Positions 19,309 to 30,361 of a stretch of DNA of 32,000 bases are shown piece by piece. A program made the position numbers and the translations under genes. Position 1 is the first letter of the stretch; every line of letters begins with the position of its first letter. The notes under the pieces were generated by a model. It had not been told where the DNA came from. It was given only the letters and a program-made list of their open reading frames with translations, and made no database searches. Source of the stretch: Mycobacterium tuberculosis H37Rv (GTDB taxonomy: Bacteria; Actinomycetota; Actinomycetes; Mycobacteriales; Mycobacteriaceae); assembly GCF_000195955.2 (NCBI RefSeq), contig NC_000962.3, positions 3,060,001 to 3,092,000 on the forward strand. The letters are read 5' to 3'.

Positions 19309-20457
19309 TCAGAAGAGGCCGTGCTTGGGCATAACAATCGGCTTGACTCCGTACCGTGGTCCGGAGTCGGCACCAACACTGTTGGCGGCTACGACCATTC
19401 CAGGGGCAGGCGGCATCACTGCGATCGGGCCGTCCTCCTCGGGAACTGCCCAGCCTGTGCCATCCAAGGCCGCGCCGGCTGCCGTCGCCGGCGCTGCAGT
19501 AGACCAGCTTGCCGGCACCGACAGGCGACCAACCACGGACGCATTGCCCAAATCGGCGGTCAGCGCTGTTCCGCCGACGCCCGCTGGGGCAACCGCGTGT
19601 GCCACCGCGGCTGCCGCGCCGCCACCTGGAGCGGCTCCGCCAACGGTTCCCATAGCATCGGCAAGAAGCGTCATATTGCCAATGGCGGCCGTGGCAAAGT
19701 CTGCCACGCCACCCAGGCCGTGAAACGCGGATTCTACGAACAGCGGAACATCGAGATTGAGGAACTGCCTGACCGCCTCCAACCCGGTATCGGCCGCGGA
19801 CATCACCGGGGAGGCGAAGCTCAGGACAGCGTCGGCGACGTCGCTGATCAGGTGGCTCAGACCCACCTGGCGCGCGAAAGCGGATGCGCCGGCTTGGCCA
19901 ACAGCGGCGGCTTGGTGTGCGAGCCCGGCCGGATTGGTGATGTGCGACGGCCTGGTCAGCGGGTTCAGTCTTGCGGCGACCGCGGATGCGGCCGCATAGC
20001 CGTACATGGCCGAAGCGTCTTGGGCCCACATTTCGCCATAGCGTGCCTCGGTAGCCGCGATGGCCGACACGTTTTGCCCAAGGATGTTGGTCGCTGTCAG
20101 TTCAGCCAACAGGGCTCTGTTGGCAACCACCTCGGCCGGGGGCACTGTCAGCGCAAACGCCGTTTCAAAGGCGGCCGCAGACGCCATGGCCTGTGCCGCC
20201 GCGAGCGCCGAGGATTCAGCGGTGCAGGTCAACCAGACCAAATAGGGCTGCACCGCGGCGGCCATCGACAACGATGCGGGACCCATCCAGTGCTCGGTGC
20301 TCAGCCGCGTGATGACCGACCCGACGGAGGACGCAGCTGTGCTCACCTCGACAGCTATGCCGTTCCACGCAGCCGCAGCCGCCAGCAGGTCTGCCGCGCC
20401 CGCGCCGCCATACATGCGCGCAGAATTGACCTCCGGAGGTAGAGCTCCAAAATCCAC
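19309..20457 (-). CDS. PPE44: PPE family protein, PPE-SVP subgroup, 382 aa
   Basis: GTG start, VDFGALPPEVNSARMYGGAGAADLLAAAAAWNGIAVEV, RLSVPASWSTAAP, GPRYGVKPIVMPKHGLF. Confidence 0.92.
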   Translation of the reverse strand: MDFGALPPEVNSARMYGGAGAADLLAAAAAWNGIAVEVSTAASSVGSVITRLSTEHWMGPASLSMAAAVQPYLVWLTCTAESSALAAAQAMASAAAFETAFALTVPPAEVVANRALLAELTATNILGQNVSAIAATEARYGEMWAQDASAMYGYAAASAVAARLNPLTRPSHITNPAGLAHQAAAVGQAGASAFARQVGLSHLISDVADAVLSFASPVMSAADTGLEAVRQFLNLDVPLFVESAFHGLGGVADFATAAIGNMTLLADAMGTVGGAAPGGGAAAAVAHAVAPAGVGGTALTADLGNASVVGRLSVPASWSTAAPATAAGAALDGTGWAVPEEDGPIAVMPPAPGMVVAANSVGADSGPRYGVKPIVMPKHGLF

Positions 20458-20580
20458 TGAGGCGTTCCGTTTCTGGTCGAGTGCAGTGGTGGCCGGTGCT
20501 CCGTCTGAGGCAGCCATTATTCCATCAAGGTCAGCGCCAGCGTAGGCACCACGCTCGCCACGGCGTCGATGGCGCCCAAA

Positions 20581-21033
20581 TCATCCCATTAACTGCGCAG
20601 CGACGGTTGCTCCGAGGTTCCAGCACGCCTCGATATCGGCCTTGCTCGGCTTGCCCATCACCACTACAGTCTCAGCGGCTTGCACCCAACCCAGGCCGGT
20701 TGTGATGGCGTCGACGGCTCGCTCGGCTCCCTCGGTGCCCTCGTTGCCGTGAATGTACGCGCCGAACGAACGCCCACGGGTGGTGTCCAGGCAGAGGTAA
20801 TAGCAGACATCGAAGGCATGCTTGAGAGCACCACTGATGTACCCCAGATTGGCTGGGGTACCCAGCAGATAGCCGTCAGCCTCCAGCATCTCGATCGGCG
20901 AAACCGTCAGGGCGGGTCGTCTCACCACCTCGACGCCCTCAATCTCGGGATCGGTCGCGCCGGACACCACCGCCTCAAACATCTCCTGCATGTGCGGAGA
21001 CGGCGTGTGGTGCACGATCAGCAAGCGCCGCAC
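20581..21033 (-). CDS. NADPH-dependent FMN reductase / flavodoxin-like protein, 150 aa (Rv2771c-like)
   Basis: MRRLLIVHHTPSPHMQEMFEAVVSGA, DGYLLGTPANLGYISGALKHAFD. Confidence 0.87.
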   Translation of the reverse strand: MRRLLIVHHTPSPHMQEMFEAVVSGATDPEIEGVEVVRRPALTVSPIEMLEADGYLLGTPANLGYISGALKHAFDVCYYLCLDTTRGRSFGAYIHGNEGTEGAERAVDAITTGLGWVQAAETVVVMGKPSKADIEACWNLGATVAAQLMG

Positions 21034-21118
21034 CGCAGGACCCTGTCACTAAAAGTGGGGTAATCGACCAAAGCGTGCAGAAGCGCTCCGGACAGGTAGC
21101 CCAAGGCCGGCAACGTGG

Positions 21119-21592
21119 TCATCTGGCCCCCGGCCTAGCGCGCCCCTCTAGCTGTAGGGCCGTCTTCATCGCTTCCCGCGCGCGGCGCCGATCCCCCGCG
21201 TAGTCGTAGGCGCGCGCCAGTCGGTACCAGCGGCGCCAGTCGTCGGCGTCGTCTTCGAGCTCGGTGCGCACGGCAGCGAACAACGCATCGGCCGCGTCTC
21301 GCTGAATGCGGCCAGAAGCCCGGCGGGGCAGCGCGCTGGCGTCGATGTCCAGTCCGTCTTCGGCGATCAGACGGGCCAGCCGCTGATACGCGAATCCGGC
21401 CCGCAGCGTGGCAATCATGGCCCACAGCCCAATGACCGGCAGGATCAGCAGCGCCAGCCCCAGCCCGGCAGCCGCGGCGCGGCCCGAACCGATCATTGCG
21501 ACGGCGACACGCCCGAGCATAACCAGGTACGCCACCATCGCCACGCACATGAACGCGATTATCAACTGGACATACAGGGTGCGCCTGGTCAT
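21119..21592 (-). CDS. Integral membrane protein, about 157 aa (Rv2772c-like)
   Basis: Two hydrophobic segments (LIIAFMCVAMVAYLVMLG; AAAGLGLALLILPVIGLWAMIATL) then a soluble tail. Confidence 0.8.
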   Translation of the reverse strand: MTRRTLYVQLIIAFMCVAMVAYLVMLGRVAVAMIGSGRAAAAGLGLALLILPVIGLWAMIATLRAGFAYQRLARLIAEDGLDIDASALPRRASGRIQRDAADALFAAVRTELEDDADDWRRWYRLARAYDYAGDRRRAREAMKTALQLEGRARPGAR

Positions 21593-21603
21593 CACAGTGT
21601 CGG

Positions 21604-22809
<1,206 letters not shown>

Positions 22810-22845
22810 TTAATGATCCGAGGCGTCAGCAGCGAAGGTGCTCAT

Positions 22846-23370
22846 GTGAAACCCAGCAATATCAGGATTCGTGCAGCCAAACCGATCGATTTCCCGAAGG
22901 TGGCGGCGATGCACTATCCGGTTTGGCGACAATCCTGGACCGGAATCCTCGACCCGTACCTACTCGACATGATCGGTTCGCCGAAGCTGTGGGTCGAGGA
23001 GTCTTACCCGCAAAGCCTGAAACGCGGCGGCTGGAGTATGTGGATCGCCGAGTCTGGCGGTCAGCCAATAGGTATGACGATGTTCGGGCCCGACATTGCT
23101 CATCCTGATCGCATTCAAATCGACGCTTTGTATGTAGCCGAGAACAGTCAACGTCACGGCATTGGCGGGCGCCTCCTCAACAGGGCCCTGCACTCACATC
23201 CGTCAGCCGACATGATTTTGTGGTGCGCCGAGAAGAACAGCAAGGCACGCGGCTTCTACGAGAAGAAGGACTTTCACATTGACGGCCGCACTTTCACGTG
23301 GAAACCACTGTCAGGTGTGAACGTGCCCCATGTGGGCTACCGGCTTTATCGATCCGCCCCGCCCGGGTAA
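22846..23370 (+). CDS. GNAT family N-acetyltransferase (Rv2775-like)
   Basis: IRIRAAKPIDFPKVAAMH, IQIDALYVAENSQRHGIGGRLLNRAL, NSKARGFYEKKDF. Start uncertain. Confidence 0.88.
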   Translation: MKPSNIRIRAAKPIDFPKVAAMHYPVWRQSWTGILDPYLLDMIGSPKLWVEESYPQSLKRGGWSMWIAESGGQPIGMTMFGPDIAHPDRIQIDALYVAENSQRHGIGGRLLNRALHSHPSADMILWCAEKNSKARGFYEKKDFHIDGRTFTWKPLSGVNVPHVGYRLYRSAPPG

Positions 23371-23373
23371 GCA

Positions 23374-24465
23374 TCAGGCGTCGATAACCACCCGACCGCT
23401 CACGGCCCGCGACACACAGACCAGCATCTCGTTATCGCCTTCGATGATGCGGCCGCGGCGGTCGACCTGCCCGGCAAGGACTCTCACCTTGCAGGTCCCG
23501 CAGAAGCCCTGCTGGCAGGAGTATGCCGTCGTCGGGTCCCAGTCGAGCATGACGTCCAGCGCCGACCGGTTCGCCGGAACTCGGAGCACTCGCCTCGACC
23601 GTGCGAGCTCCAGCTCGAACGGAACTCCGTCGACAACCGGCGGCGGGCTGAATCGCTCGTAATGCAGCGGCGCGTCGGCGTGTTGATTGCGGGCCACGCG
23701 CACCGCTTCTAACATCCCGGGCGGCCCGCACACGTAAACGGCCGTCGTCGGCCCTGCGCCGGCCAACAGTTCATCGACAGACGCAAAACGACCGTGCTCG
23801 TCGTCGGCCCACACCGTGACCCGGCCGGGTGCCACCGCCACTACCTCGTCCAGGAACGGCATGTACTCCCGACCGCGACCGGCATAGATTGCGCGCCAGT
23901 CGATTCCGCGCTGTTCGGCGGCCCGGATCATCGGCAGGATGGGCGTCACCCCGATACCGCCGATCACGAAAAGCACGTCACGCTCGGCCAGACCGAGATG
24001 GAAGGCGTTGCGGGGACCTTCGAACTCGCACGTGTCACCTACGTCGAAGGCCTCGTGCATCTCGATCGAACCGCCGCCGCCGTCCGCGATTCTGCGAATG
24101 GCGATCCGGTAGTCCGTACGCCGTCCGGGCACACCGCACAACGAGTACTGTCGGCGCCGCCCCGAGGGCAGCTGCACGTCGATGTGCCCACCGGGCGACC
24201 AGGCCGGGAGCAATCCGCCACCGGGGTCAGCCAACGTCAACGCCACCACGTCGGGAGCGACCAGCTCGCGCTTGGTAACCACCGCGGGATTCGTGCGCCG
24301 CACCGGCTGCACCCGCGACGGTTCCCACCGCGAGGCCGCGCCCAATCCTCCCAATAACGCTCGTACACCCCACAGCGCTGTGAAGAAGCGGTCCCGGCTG
24401 CGGCGACCGTAAAGGTCGGCGGGCCTACTGGCCCAGCTGGTCTCTGGCACGGTGCGCTCCGCCAT
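23374..24465 (-). CDS. Class IA (PDR/VanB-like) oxidoreductase: FMN/NAD(P) domains plus C-terminal plant-type 2Fe-2S ferredoxin (Rv2776c-like)
   Basis: RRRQYSLCGVPG, VLFVIGGIGVTPILPMI, YVCGPPGM, YSCQQGFCGTCKVRVL...MLVCVSR. The true start may be downstream. Confidence 0.9.
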   Translation of the reverse strand: MAERTVPETSWASRPADLYGRRSRDRFFTALWGVRALLGGLGAASRWEPSRVQPVRRTNPAVVTKRELVAPDVVALTLADPGGGLLPAWSPGGHIDVQLPSGRRRQYSLCGVPGRRTDYRIAIRRIADGGGGSIEMHEAFDVGDTCEFEGPRNAFHLGLAERDVLFVIGGIGVTPILPMIRAAEQRGIDWRAIYAGRGREYMPFLDEVVAVAPGRVTVWADDEHGRFASVDELLAGAGPTTAVYVCGPPGMLEAVRVARNQHADAPLHYERFSPPPVVDGVPFELELARSRRVLRVPANRSALDVMLDWDPTTAYSCQQGFCGTCKVRVLAGQVDRRGRIIEGDNEMLVCVSRAVSGRVVIDA

Positions 24466-24484
24466 TCCTACGGATCGTCACCGA

Positions 24485-25453
24485 TCAGTGCGACGCTCGC
24501 GCGGCGGGCGAGACGGCCAGGTAGTCCACGGCCGCCCCCAGCCCGCCCAGCTGGGACGGGTGAAAACCCGGCTTGTAGTAGTGCCCCACGACCCGAAGCA
24601 GCCGCGGCAGCCCGGGCACCAAACCACGGCGTGCGGCCTTGAAATAGTCCCGCCAGCGCGGCTTTGTCCCCGGTGGCAGGTACGGATCCACCGAATACAT
24701 GAACCGCACTCCGCGAATCCACAGCAGCAACATCACCGGGGTAACGGTCAGCTGGGCACGCACCTGCCGCCAGTAACCGGCGCGCAAGTGCTTCATGGTG
24801 TCGAAGGCCACGGCTTTGTGCTCGACTTCTTCTGCACCGTGCCACCGCAGCATGTCCAGCATCACGGGGTCTGCACCGACGGCATCGAGCTGCGGGGAAT
24901 TCAGGATCCACTCGCCCATGACGGCGGTGTAGTGCTCAATTGCCGCGATGAACGAAACCTGCTCTAGCAACCAGCTGTACTGTCGTCGCGGGCTCCGCCG
25001 AGGACTCTCCCCCAGCAGCTTTTCGAACAGCCACCTGATCTGGTTGGTAAACGCTGTCACGTCGACACCCTGGGCATCGAAGTGGTCAACCACGCCGGAG
25101 TGCGCCTGGGAATGCATCGCCTCCTGACCGATGAATCCTTGCACGTCCAGCCTCAGTTGATCGTCCTTGATCAGCGGCAGCGTCTTCTTGAAGACCCTGA
25201 CGAAGAACTCCTCGCCGGCCGGCAGCAGCATATGCAGAACGTTGAGAACGTGGGTGGCCATCGGCTCGTTGGGCACATAGTGAAATGGCAGGTTTGTCCA
25301 GTCGAATTCGACATCTCGCGGCTCGAGGACGAGACGTTCGTGGTCGGCGGCGCGCGACTCTGACGAGTGCGGACCCGTCGCCCGGTCATCGACGCTGACC
25401 ATTGCTGCCCCCTCAGAAAACGTAGCCACGGCGTTTACATAAATGCCCGACAT
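24485..25453 (-). CDS. Metal-dependent hydrolase family protein (PF10118-type) (Rv2777c-like)
   Basis: FIGQEAMHSQAH, AAIEHYTAVMGEW, MLRWHGAEEVEHKAVAFD: ferritin-like E/H pattern. Start not certain. Confidence 0.8.
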   Translation of the reverse strand: MSGIYVNAVATFSEGAAMVSVDDRATGPHSSESRAADHERLVLEPRDVEFDWTNLPFHYVPNEPMATHVLNVLHMLLPAGEEFFVRVFKKTLPLIKDDQLRLDVQGFIGQEAMHSQAHSGVVDHFDAQGVDVTAFTNQIRWLFEKLLGESPRRSPRRQYSWLLEQVSFIAAIEHYTAVMGEWILNSPQLDAVGADPVMLDMLRWHGAEEVEHKAVAFDTMKHLRAGYWRQVRAQLTVTPVMLLLWIRGVRFMYSVDPYLPPGTKPRWRDYFKAARRGLVPGLPRLLRVVGHYYKPGFHPSQLGGLGAAVDYLAVSPAARASH

Positions 25454-25712
25454 GTCGCCCCAGTAGACATCACGTGTTGGCAAGTATAGTTGCGCGTACC
25501 CGAGGGGTGAAGAACCTGCTCGCCAGCCTGGCGCCGAATGCACCTCGACGTTCACCGCGCCTCGGCAGCCGACGATGTCGGCTTCACCGTGTCGAATTCG
25601 TCGCCTCGCCCTCGTCGGCCTACTCGCAACTGGTGGCATCAGTAATGCCATTGCGCAGCAACGCACTTGCTACGGCACGCGACTCGCCATCAGTGTCCCG
25701 CCAGCACTTTCG

Positions 25713-26183
25713 CTACCCGGCCTCAGCTCGGTCCTTGAGACGCTGCAGGGTGCGTCGAATGTGCTCGGTGTTTACGCTCGCCCGATCCTTGACGCCGGTG
25801 GCCATCCGGGCAACTGCGCGGAACCAGCTGGGCCGCCGGTCCCAGGTGCTCTCCGTAACCCGACAGCCGTGTTCGGTAGCGACGATGCCATATTGCCAGC
25901 GTGAAATCGGAATAATGCCGGACCGTACATCGAAAGCGAAAACCCGACCGGGATCGGCGTCGGTAACGGTGCACGTCGTGGTCCAGCGCCGTCCACCGTT
26001 TTCGTTGCGACCGACAAACACCGCTCCCTTGCGAACATCGTCGCCTTTGCGCAACTGCATCGCCACCACTTCCTCGGCCAGCGAGGCCAGTGTCGGCAGA
26101 TCAGTGATCAGCCCGTATACCAGGTCGGGATTGGCGTCGATCTCAACGGTGACCGTCACAGAAGGCCCATCAGGGTCTGGCAT
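25713..26183 (-). CDS. SRPBCC / polyketide-cyclase family protein, 156 aa (Rv2778c-like)
   Basis: VTVEIDANPDLVYGLITDLPTLASLAEEVV, GRRWTTTCTVTDADPGRVFAFDV, WTVTES-type core. Confidence 0.87.
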   Translation of the reverse strand: MPDPDGPSVTVTVEIDANPDLVYGLITDLPTLASLAEEVVAMQLRKGDDVRKGAVFVGRNENGGRRWTTTCTVTDADPGRVFAFDVRSGIIPISRWQYGIVATEHGCRVTESTWDRRPSWFRAVARMATGVKDRASVNTEHIRRTLQRLKDRAEAG

Positions 26184-26214
26184 CCCGCGATCATAGCCCG
26201 CTGGGCGGGCCGCT

Positions 26215-26754
26215 CTAGATGGGCGCCGCCCCGCGCAGATGCTCGAAGATCAGGGACGTCTGGGTACCTGCGACGTCGGCGTCGGCATTGAGGTTTTCGA
26301 CCACGAACGAACGCAGGTCCTCGGTGTCGCGAGCGGCGACGTGCAAGATGAAATCGTCGGCGCCGGCCAGAAAGTAGACATCCATCACCTGCCGTTTGCG
26401 GCGGATCTGCTGGATGAAGCTGCGGATTTTCCCGCGAGCGGACGACTGCAAGTTGACCGAGATCATCGCCTGCAACGGCAAACCCACCGCGACCGGGTCG
26501 ATGTCGGTGTAGAACCCCCGGATCACGCCGAGGTCCACCAACCGCCGAACCCGGCCGTGACACGTCGACGGCGCTATCCCGACAGTGTCCGCTAACGCGT
26601 TGTTGGGCATTCTGGCATCGCCATGCAGCAAGCTCAGGATTCTGCGGTCCACCTCATCAAGTTCAGCGGGTCGAACATCCTTCGACGAGGCAGCCCGGCG
26701 AGTCTTGTGTTCCGTTGAATTATCACGCATATGGCCTCGAAAAAGAATTATCAT
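26215..26754 (-). CDS. aldR: Lrp/AsnC family transcriptional regulator, 179 aa
   Basis: LDEVDRRILSLLHGDARMPNNALADTVGIAPSTCHGRVRRLVDLGVIRGFYTDIDP; divergent from ald. Confidence 0.93.
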   Translation of the reverse strand: MIILFRGHMRDNSTEHKTRRAASSKDVRPAELDEVDRRILSLLHGDARMPNNALADTVGIAPSTCHGRVRRLVDLGVIRGFYTDIDPVAVGLPLQAMISVNLQSSARGKIRSFIQQIRRKRQVMDVYFLAGADDFILHVAARDTEDLRSFVVENLNADADVAGTQTSLIFEHLRGAAPI

Positions 26755-26782
26755 CAGCAATCTTGCAGATTAATCGAACTTT

Positions 26783-26795
26783 CTTCATACTGAAG
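26783..26795. promoter_or_regulatory. Palindrome CTTCA-TAC-TGAAG in the aldR/ald intergenic region; candidate AldR operator element
   Basis: Perfect 5-bp arms with 3-bp centre, 25 bp upstream of the ald ATG. Confidence 0.4.
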
Positions 26796-26819
26796 CGTAC
26801 AGTATCGAGAGGGGTAATC

Positions 26820-27935
26820 ATGCGCGTCGGTATTCCGACCGAGACCAAAAACAACGAATTCCGGGTGGCCATCACCCCGGCCGGCGTCGCGGAACTAACC
26901 CGTCGTGGCCATGAGGTGCTCATCCAGGCAGGTGCCGGAGAGGGCTCGGCTATCACCGACGCGGATTTCAAGGCGGCAGGCGCGCAACTGGTCGGCACCG
27001 CCGACCAGGTGTGGGCCGACGCTGATTTATTGCTCAAGGTCAAAGAACCGATAGCGGCGGAATACGGCCGCCTGCGACACGGGCAGATCTTGTTCACGTT
27101 CTTGCATTTGGCCGCGTCACGTGCTTGCACCGATGCGTTGTTGGATTCCGGCACCACGTCAATTGCCTACGAGACCGTCCAGACCGCCGACGGCGCACTA
27201 CCCCTGCTTGCCCCGATGAGCGAAGTCGCCGGTCGACTCGCCGCCCAGGTTGGCGCTTACCACCTGATGCGAACCCAAGGGGGCCGCGGTGTGCTGATGG
27301 GCGGGGTGCCCGGCGTCGAACCGGCCGACGTCGTGGTGATCGGCGCCGGCACCGCCGGCTACAACGCAGCCCGCATCGCCAACGGCATGGGCGCGACCGT
27401 TACGGTTCTAGACATCAACATCGACAAACTTCGGCAACTCGACGCCGAGTTCTGCGGCCGGATCCACACTCGCTACTCATCGGCCTACGAGCTCGAGGGT
27501 GCCGTCAAACGTGCCGACCTGGTGATTGGGGCCGTCCTGGTGCCAGGCGCCAAGGCACCCAAATTAGTCTCGAATTCACTTGTCGCGCATATGAAACCAG
27601 GTGCGGTACTGGTGGATATAGCCATCGACCAGGGCGGCTGTTTCGAAGGCTCACGACCGACCACCTACGACCACCCGACGTTCGCCGTGCACGACACGCT
27701 GTTTTACTGCGTGGCGAACATGCCCGCCTCGGTGCCGAAGACGTCGACCTACGCGCTGACCAACGCGACGATGCCGTATGTGCTCGAGCTTGCCGACCAT
27801 GGCTGGCGGGCGGCGTGCCGGTCGAATCCGGCACTAGCCAAAGGTCTTTCGACGCACGAAGGGGCGTTACTGTCCGAACGGGTGGCCACCGACCTGGGGG
27901 TGCCGTTCACCGAGCCCGCCAGCGTGCTGGCCTGA
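26820..27935 (+). CDS. ald: L-alanine dehydrogenase, 371 aa, intact frame
   Basis: MRVGIPTETKNNEFRVAITPAGV, VIGAGTAGYNAARIANGMGATVTVLDI, DIAIDQGGCFEGSRPTTYDHPTF. Confidence 0.96.
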   Translation: MRVGIPTETKNNEFRVAITPAGVAELTRRGHEVLIQAGAGEGSAITDADFKAAGAQLVGTADQVWADADLLLKVKEPIAAEYGRLRHGQILFTFLHLAASRACTDALLDSGTTSIAYETVQTADGALPLLAPMSEVAGRLAAQVGAYHLMRTQGGRGVLMGGVPGVEPADVVVIGAGTAGYNAARIANGMGATVTVLDINIDKLRQLDAEFCGRIHTRYSSAYELEGAVKRADLVIGAVLVPGAKAPKLVSNSLVAHMKPGAVLVDIAIDQGGCFEGSRPTTYDHPTFAVHDTLFYCVANMPASVPKTSTYALTNATMPYVLELADHGWRAACRSNPALAKGLSTHEGALLSERVATDLGVPFTEPASVLA

Positions 27936-27949
27936 CTCTCGGCCGCTCG

Positions 27950-28984
27950 TTACGCCGAGCACACGTCGGGAGTAAGGGAAGCGATGATGTCGGCCGCGGG
28001 TCCCGGCCGGGTCTTCCGGTGCGCCGATCCCGCCCAAAGGTTTGTTCCGTGCGGGTCGTCCGCCTGCACCGCCGCCGCCCGTATCGGCTTCGTCATCTGG
28101 TGGACCTCCGGATAACCCAGCGGCGCCACGTGGTCGAGCAGGCGAGTGAAGTTGTTGGCCAGACCGCGCGCATACCTACCCGAGAACGCCCGAGTGACCA
28201 GGGTGGCATCGAACTCTGGATTCTTCAGCGCGGCACGGTGTGCGGCATTGGTACCGGCTTCGTCGGCCAGCAGCAATGCGGTACCAACCTGCGCGGCGAT
28301 CGCTCCGCGGCGCAGCACGGCGGCCACGTCCTCAGCCGTGCCCAGGCCACCGGCTGCAACCAGCGGCACATCATGGGCGCTGCCAATCCGATCGAGGAGT
28401 TGGTGCAGCGACTCCGTACCGGGTTCCATGTCCGGCGCGAACGTTCCGCGGTGCCCGCCGGCAGCCGGGCCCTGGACCACCAGGCTGTCCGCGCCCGCGG
28501 CAATGGCCACACCGGCCTCGTAGACCGACGTCACGGTGATCGAGACCAACAGTCCCAGCGCGCTCAACCGCTGCACGACATCCGGCGGCGGCGCGCCGAA
28601 GGTGAACGACACCACCTCCGGACGAACATCGGCTACCACCTCGAGTTTGCGCACCCAGTCGTCGTCGTCACCATAGACGGGCTGGCCCACCTCGGTGTGG
28701 TAGTACTCGGCGACCTCTTCGAGCTCGTCCGCGTAATACTCCAGCTGCGCCCAGTCGGCGACGCTGGGTTGGGGCACAAACAGATTGGCTCCGATAGGAC
28801 CGGTAGTGGCGGCGCGCGCAGCGGCGATATCGTCGGCGAGCCGGTCCGCGCTCAGATAGCCGCCGGCGACGAAACCAAGCCCGCCAGCGTTGGACACCGC
28901 CGCGGCCAACGCCGGGGTGCTCGGGCCGCCGGCCATCGGGGCGCCGACGATCGGCACCGCGATGTCCCAGAAGCCCAACACCAT
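27950..28984 (-). CDS. Nitronate monooxygenase / 2-nitropropane dioxygenase-like FMN protein, 344 aa (Rv2781c-like)
   Basis: VPIVGAPMAGGPSTPALAAAVSNAGGLGFVAGGY, VQGPAAGGHRG, LVAAGGLGTAEDVAAVLRRGAIAAQVGTALL. Confidence 0.92.
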   Translation of the reverse strand: MVLGFWDIAVPIVGAPMAGGPSTPALAAAVSNAGGLGFVAGGYLSADRLADDIAAARAATTGPIGANLFVPQPSVADWAQLEYYADELEEVAEYYHTEVGQPVYGDDDDWVRKLEVVADVRPEVVSFTFGAPPPDVVQRLSALGLLVSITVTSVYEAGVAIAAGADSLVVQGPAAGGHRGTFAPDMEPGTESLHQLLDRIGSAHDVPLVAAGGLGTAEDVAAVLRRGAIAAQVGTALLLADEAGTNAAHRAALKNPEFDATLVTRAFSGRYARGLANNFTRLLDHVAPLGYPEVHQMTKPIRAAAVQADDPHGTNLWAGSAHRKTRPGPAADIIASLTPDVCSA

Positions 28985-29044
28985 CGGGCTAATTCGCCGA
29001 CGGCGAGCGCCGGCACGGCGCGAGTGAGGAAGCGGACATTTGAG

Positions 29045-30361
29045 CTACCCTACCATCGCTCGAAGTTGTTGCGGCAGTGATCGTTTCGATCCGTGTGGGC
29101 CAAGAACGGCAGCACCGTAGCGCCTGCTCAGCAGGTGGCGGGCCACCGCGTTGACCTCCTCCACGGTGACCTGCTCGATTTGCCGCAAGGTGTGTTCGAT
29201 GCTGCGGTGCTTGCCGTAGTTCAACTCGCTGCGGCCGAGCCGGCTCATCCGGGAGCTGGAATCCTCCAGCCCTAGCACCAGCCCACCCCGCAGCGATCCC
29301 TTGGCGATGCCGCATTCCGCCTCGGTGATGCCGTCGCGTGCCACGCTTTCCAGCACATCGGCGGTCACCCGCATCACGTCGGCGAAGCGTTCGGGCAGGC
29401 AGGCCGCGTACACCGAAAGCGCGCCGCTGTCGGCGAAGAGATCCAGCGCGGAGTAGACCGAGTAGGCCAGCCCGCGGGTCTCGCGGACCTCCTGGAACAG
29501 CCGGGAACTCAAGCCACCGCCCAGCGCGGTGTGCAGCACCGACAGTGCCCAACGATGCTCCCAGCCGCGCCCGGGTGTGCGGATGCCCAGCGACACATGC
29601 GTCTGTTCGGCGTCGCGGCTAACCAGTGTCAACCGGGGGCTGCCGTTGACCCGGCCGGTACCCTTGCGCGGCGCAACTGGCCGTCTCCCCCGGACCAACC
29701 GGGACCCGAAGTGCTCGCGGACCAACGCAACCAGCCCGTCGTGATCCACATTGCCGGCGGCCGCGACGACCATCCGCTCCGGGGTATAGCGCCGCAGGTG
29801 AAACGATTGCAGTTGAGCCCGCGTCATCACCGACACGGATTGCGCGCTGCCGATCACCGGGCGACCGACCGGGTGGTCGCCGAACAACGCCGCCAGGAAC
29901 ATGTCCGCCAAGGCGTCCTCGGGGTCGTCGTCGCGCATCGCGATCTCCTCGAGGACGACGTCACGTTCCACCTCGACATCGTCGGCGGCACAGCGGCCGT
30001 TGAGCACCACATCGGCGACCAGGTCGACGGCCAACGGCAAGTCGCTGCCGAGCACGTGGGCGTAGTAGCAGGTGTGCTCCTTGGCGGTGAATGCGTTCAG
30101 TTCCCCGCCCACCGCGTCCATCGCCTGCGCAATGTCCACGGCAGAGCGGGTGGGCGTCGACTTGAACAGCAAATGCTCAAGGAAGTGCGCCGCCCCGGCC
30201 ACCGTGGCGCCTTCGTCGCGCGATCCGACGCCGACCCACACCCCGACCGACGCGGAGTGCACCGCGGGCAGGAATTCGGTGACCACTCGCAGCCCGCCCG
30301 GCAGGGTGGTGCGCCGCGGCGCCAGCGCCGCCGCGGGGTCAGCTGGTGACCGTCGCGGCAT
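29045..30361 (-). CDS. pepR: M16 family zinc peptidase (mitochondrial processing peptidase-like), 438 aa
   Basis: [14 protein letters not shown] (HxxEH), [41 protein letters not shown]. Confidence 0.94.
   Translation of the reverse strand: MPRRSPADPAAALAPRRTTLPGGLRVVTEFLPAVHSASVGVWVGVGSRDEGATVAGAAHFLEHLLFKSTPTRSAVDIAQAMDAVGGELNAFTAKEHTCYYAHVLGSDLPLAVDLVADVVLNGRCAADDVEVERDVVLEEIAMRDDDPEDALADMFLAALFGDHPVGRPVIGSAQSVSVMTRAQLQSFHLRRYTPERMVVAAAGNVDHDGLVALVREHFGSRLVRGRRPVAPRKGTGRVNGSPRLTLVSRDAEQTHVSLGIRTPGRGWEHRWALSVLHTALGGGLSSRLFQEVRETRGLAYSVYSALDLFADSGALSVYAACLPERFADVMRVTADVLESVARDGITEAECGIAKGSLRGGLVLGLEDSSSRMSRLGRSELNYGKHRSIEHTLRQIEQVTVEEVNAVARHLLSRRYGAAVLGPHGSKRSLPQQLRAMVG

Noticed and set aside
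16774-20442. Plus-strand ORFs over the PE/PPE genes
   Set aside because: Antisense frames of low-complexity Ala/Gly-rich PPE/PE sequence.
26715-26819. Extended ald N-terminus in the ORF track
   Set aside because: MRVGIPTE at 26820 is the canonical Ald start; the upstream part is the regulatory region shared with aldR.
26820-27935. Possible ald frameshift as in M. bovis
   Set aside because: The frame is open from ATG 26820 to 27935 with all domains in order, so ald is intact here.
27125-29080. 651-aa plus-strand ORF
   Set aside because: Arg/Pro-rich shadow frame; it overlaps ald in a different frame and lies antisense to the nitronate monooxygenase, both of which have clear domain motifs. 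A typical long spurious ORF in high-GC DNA.
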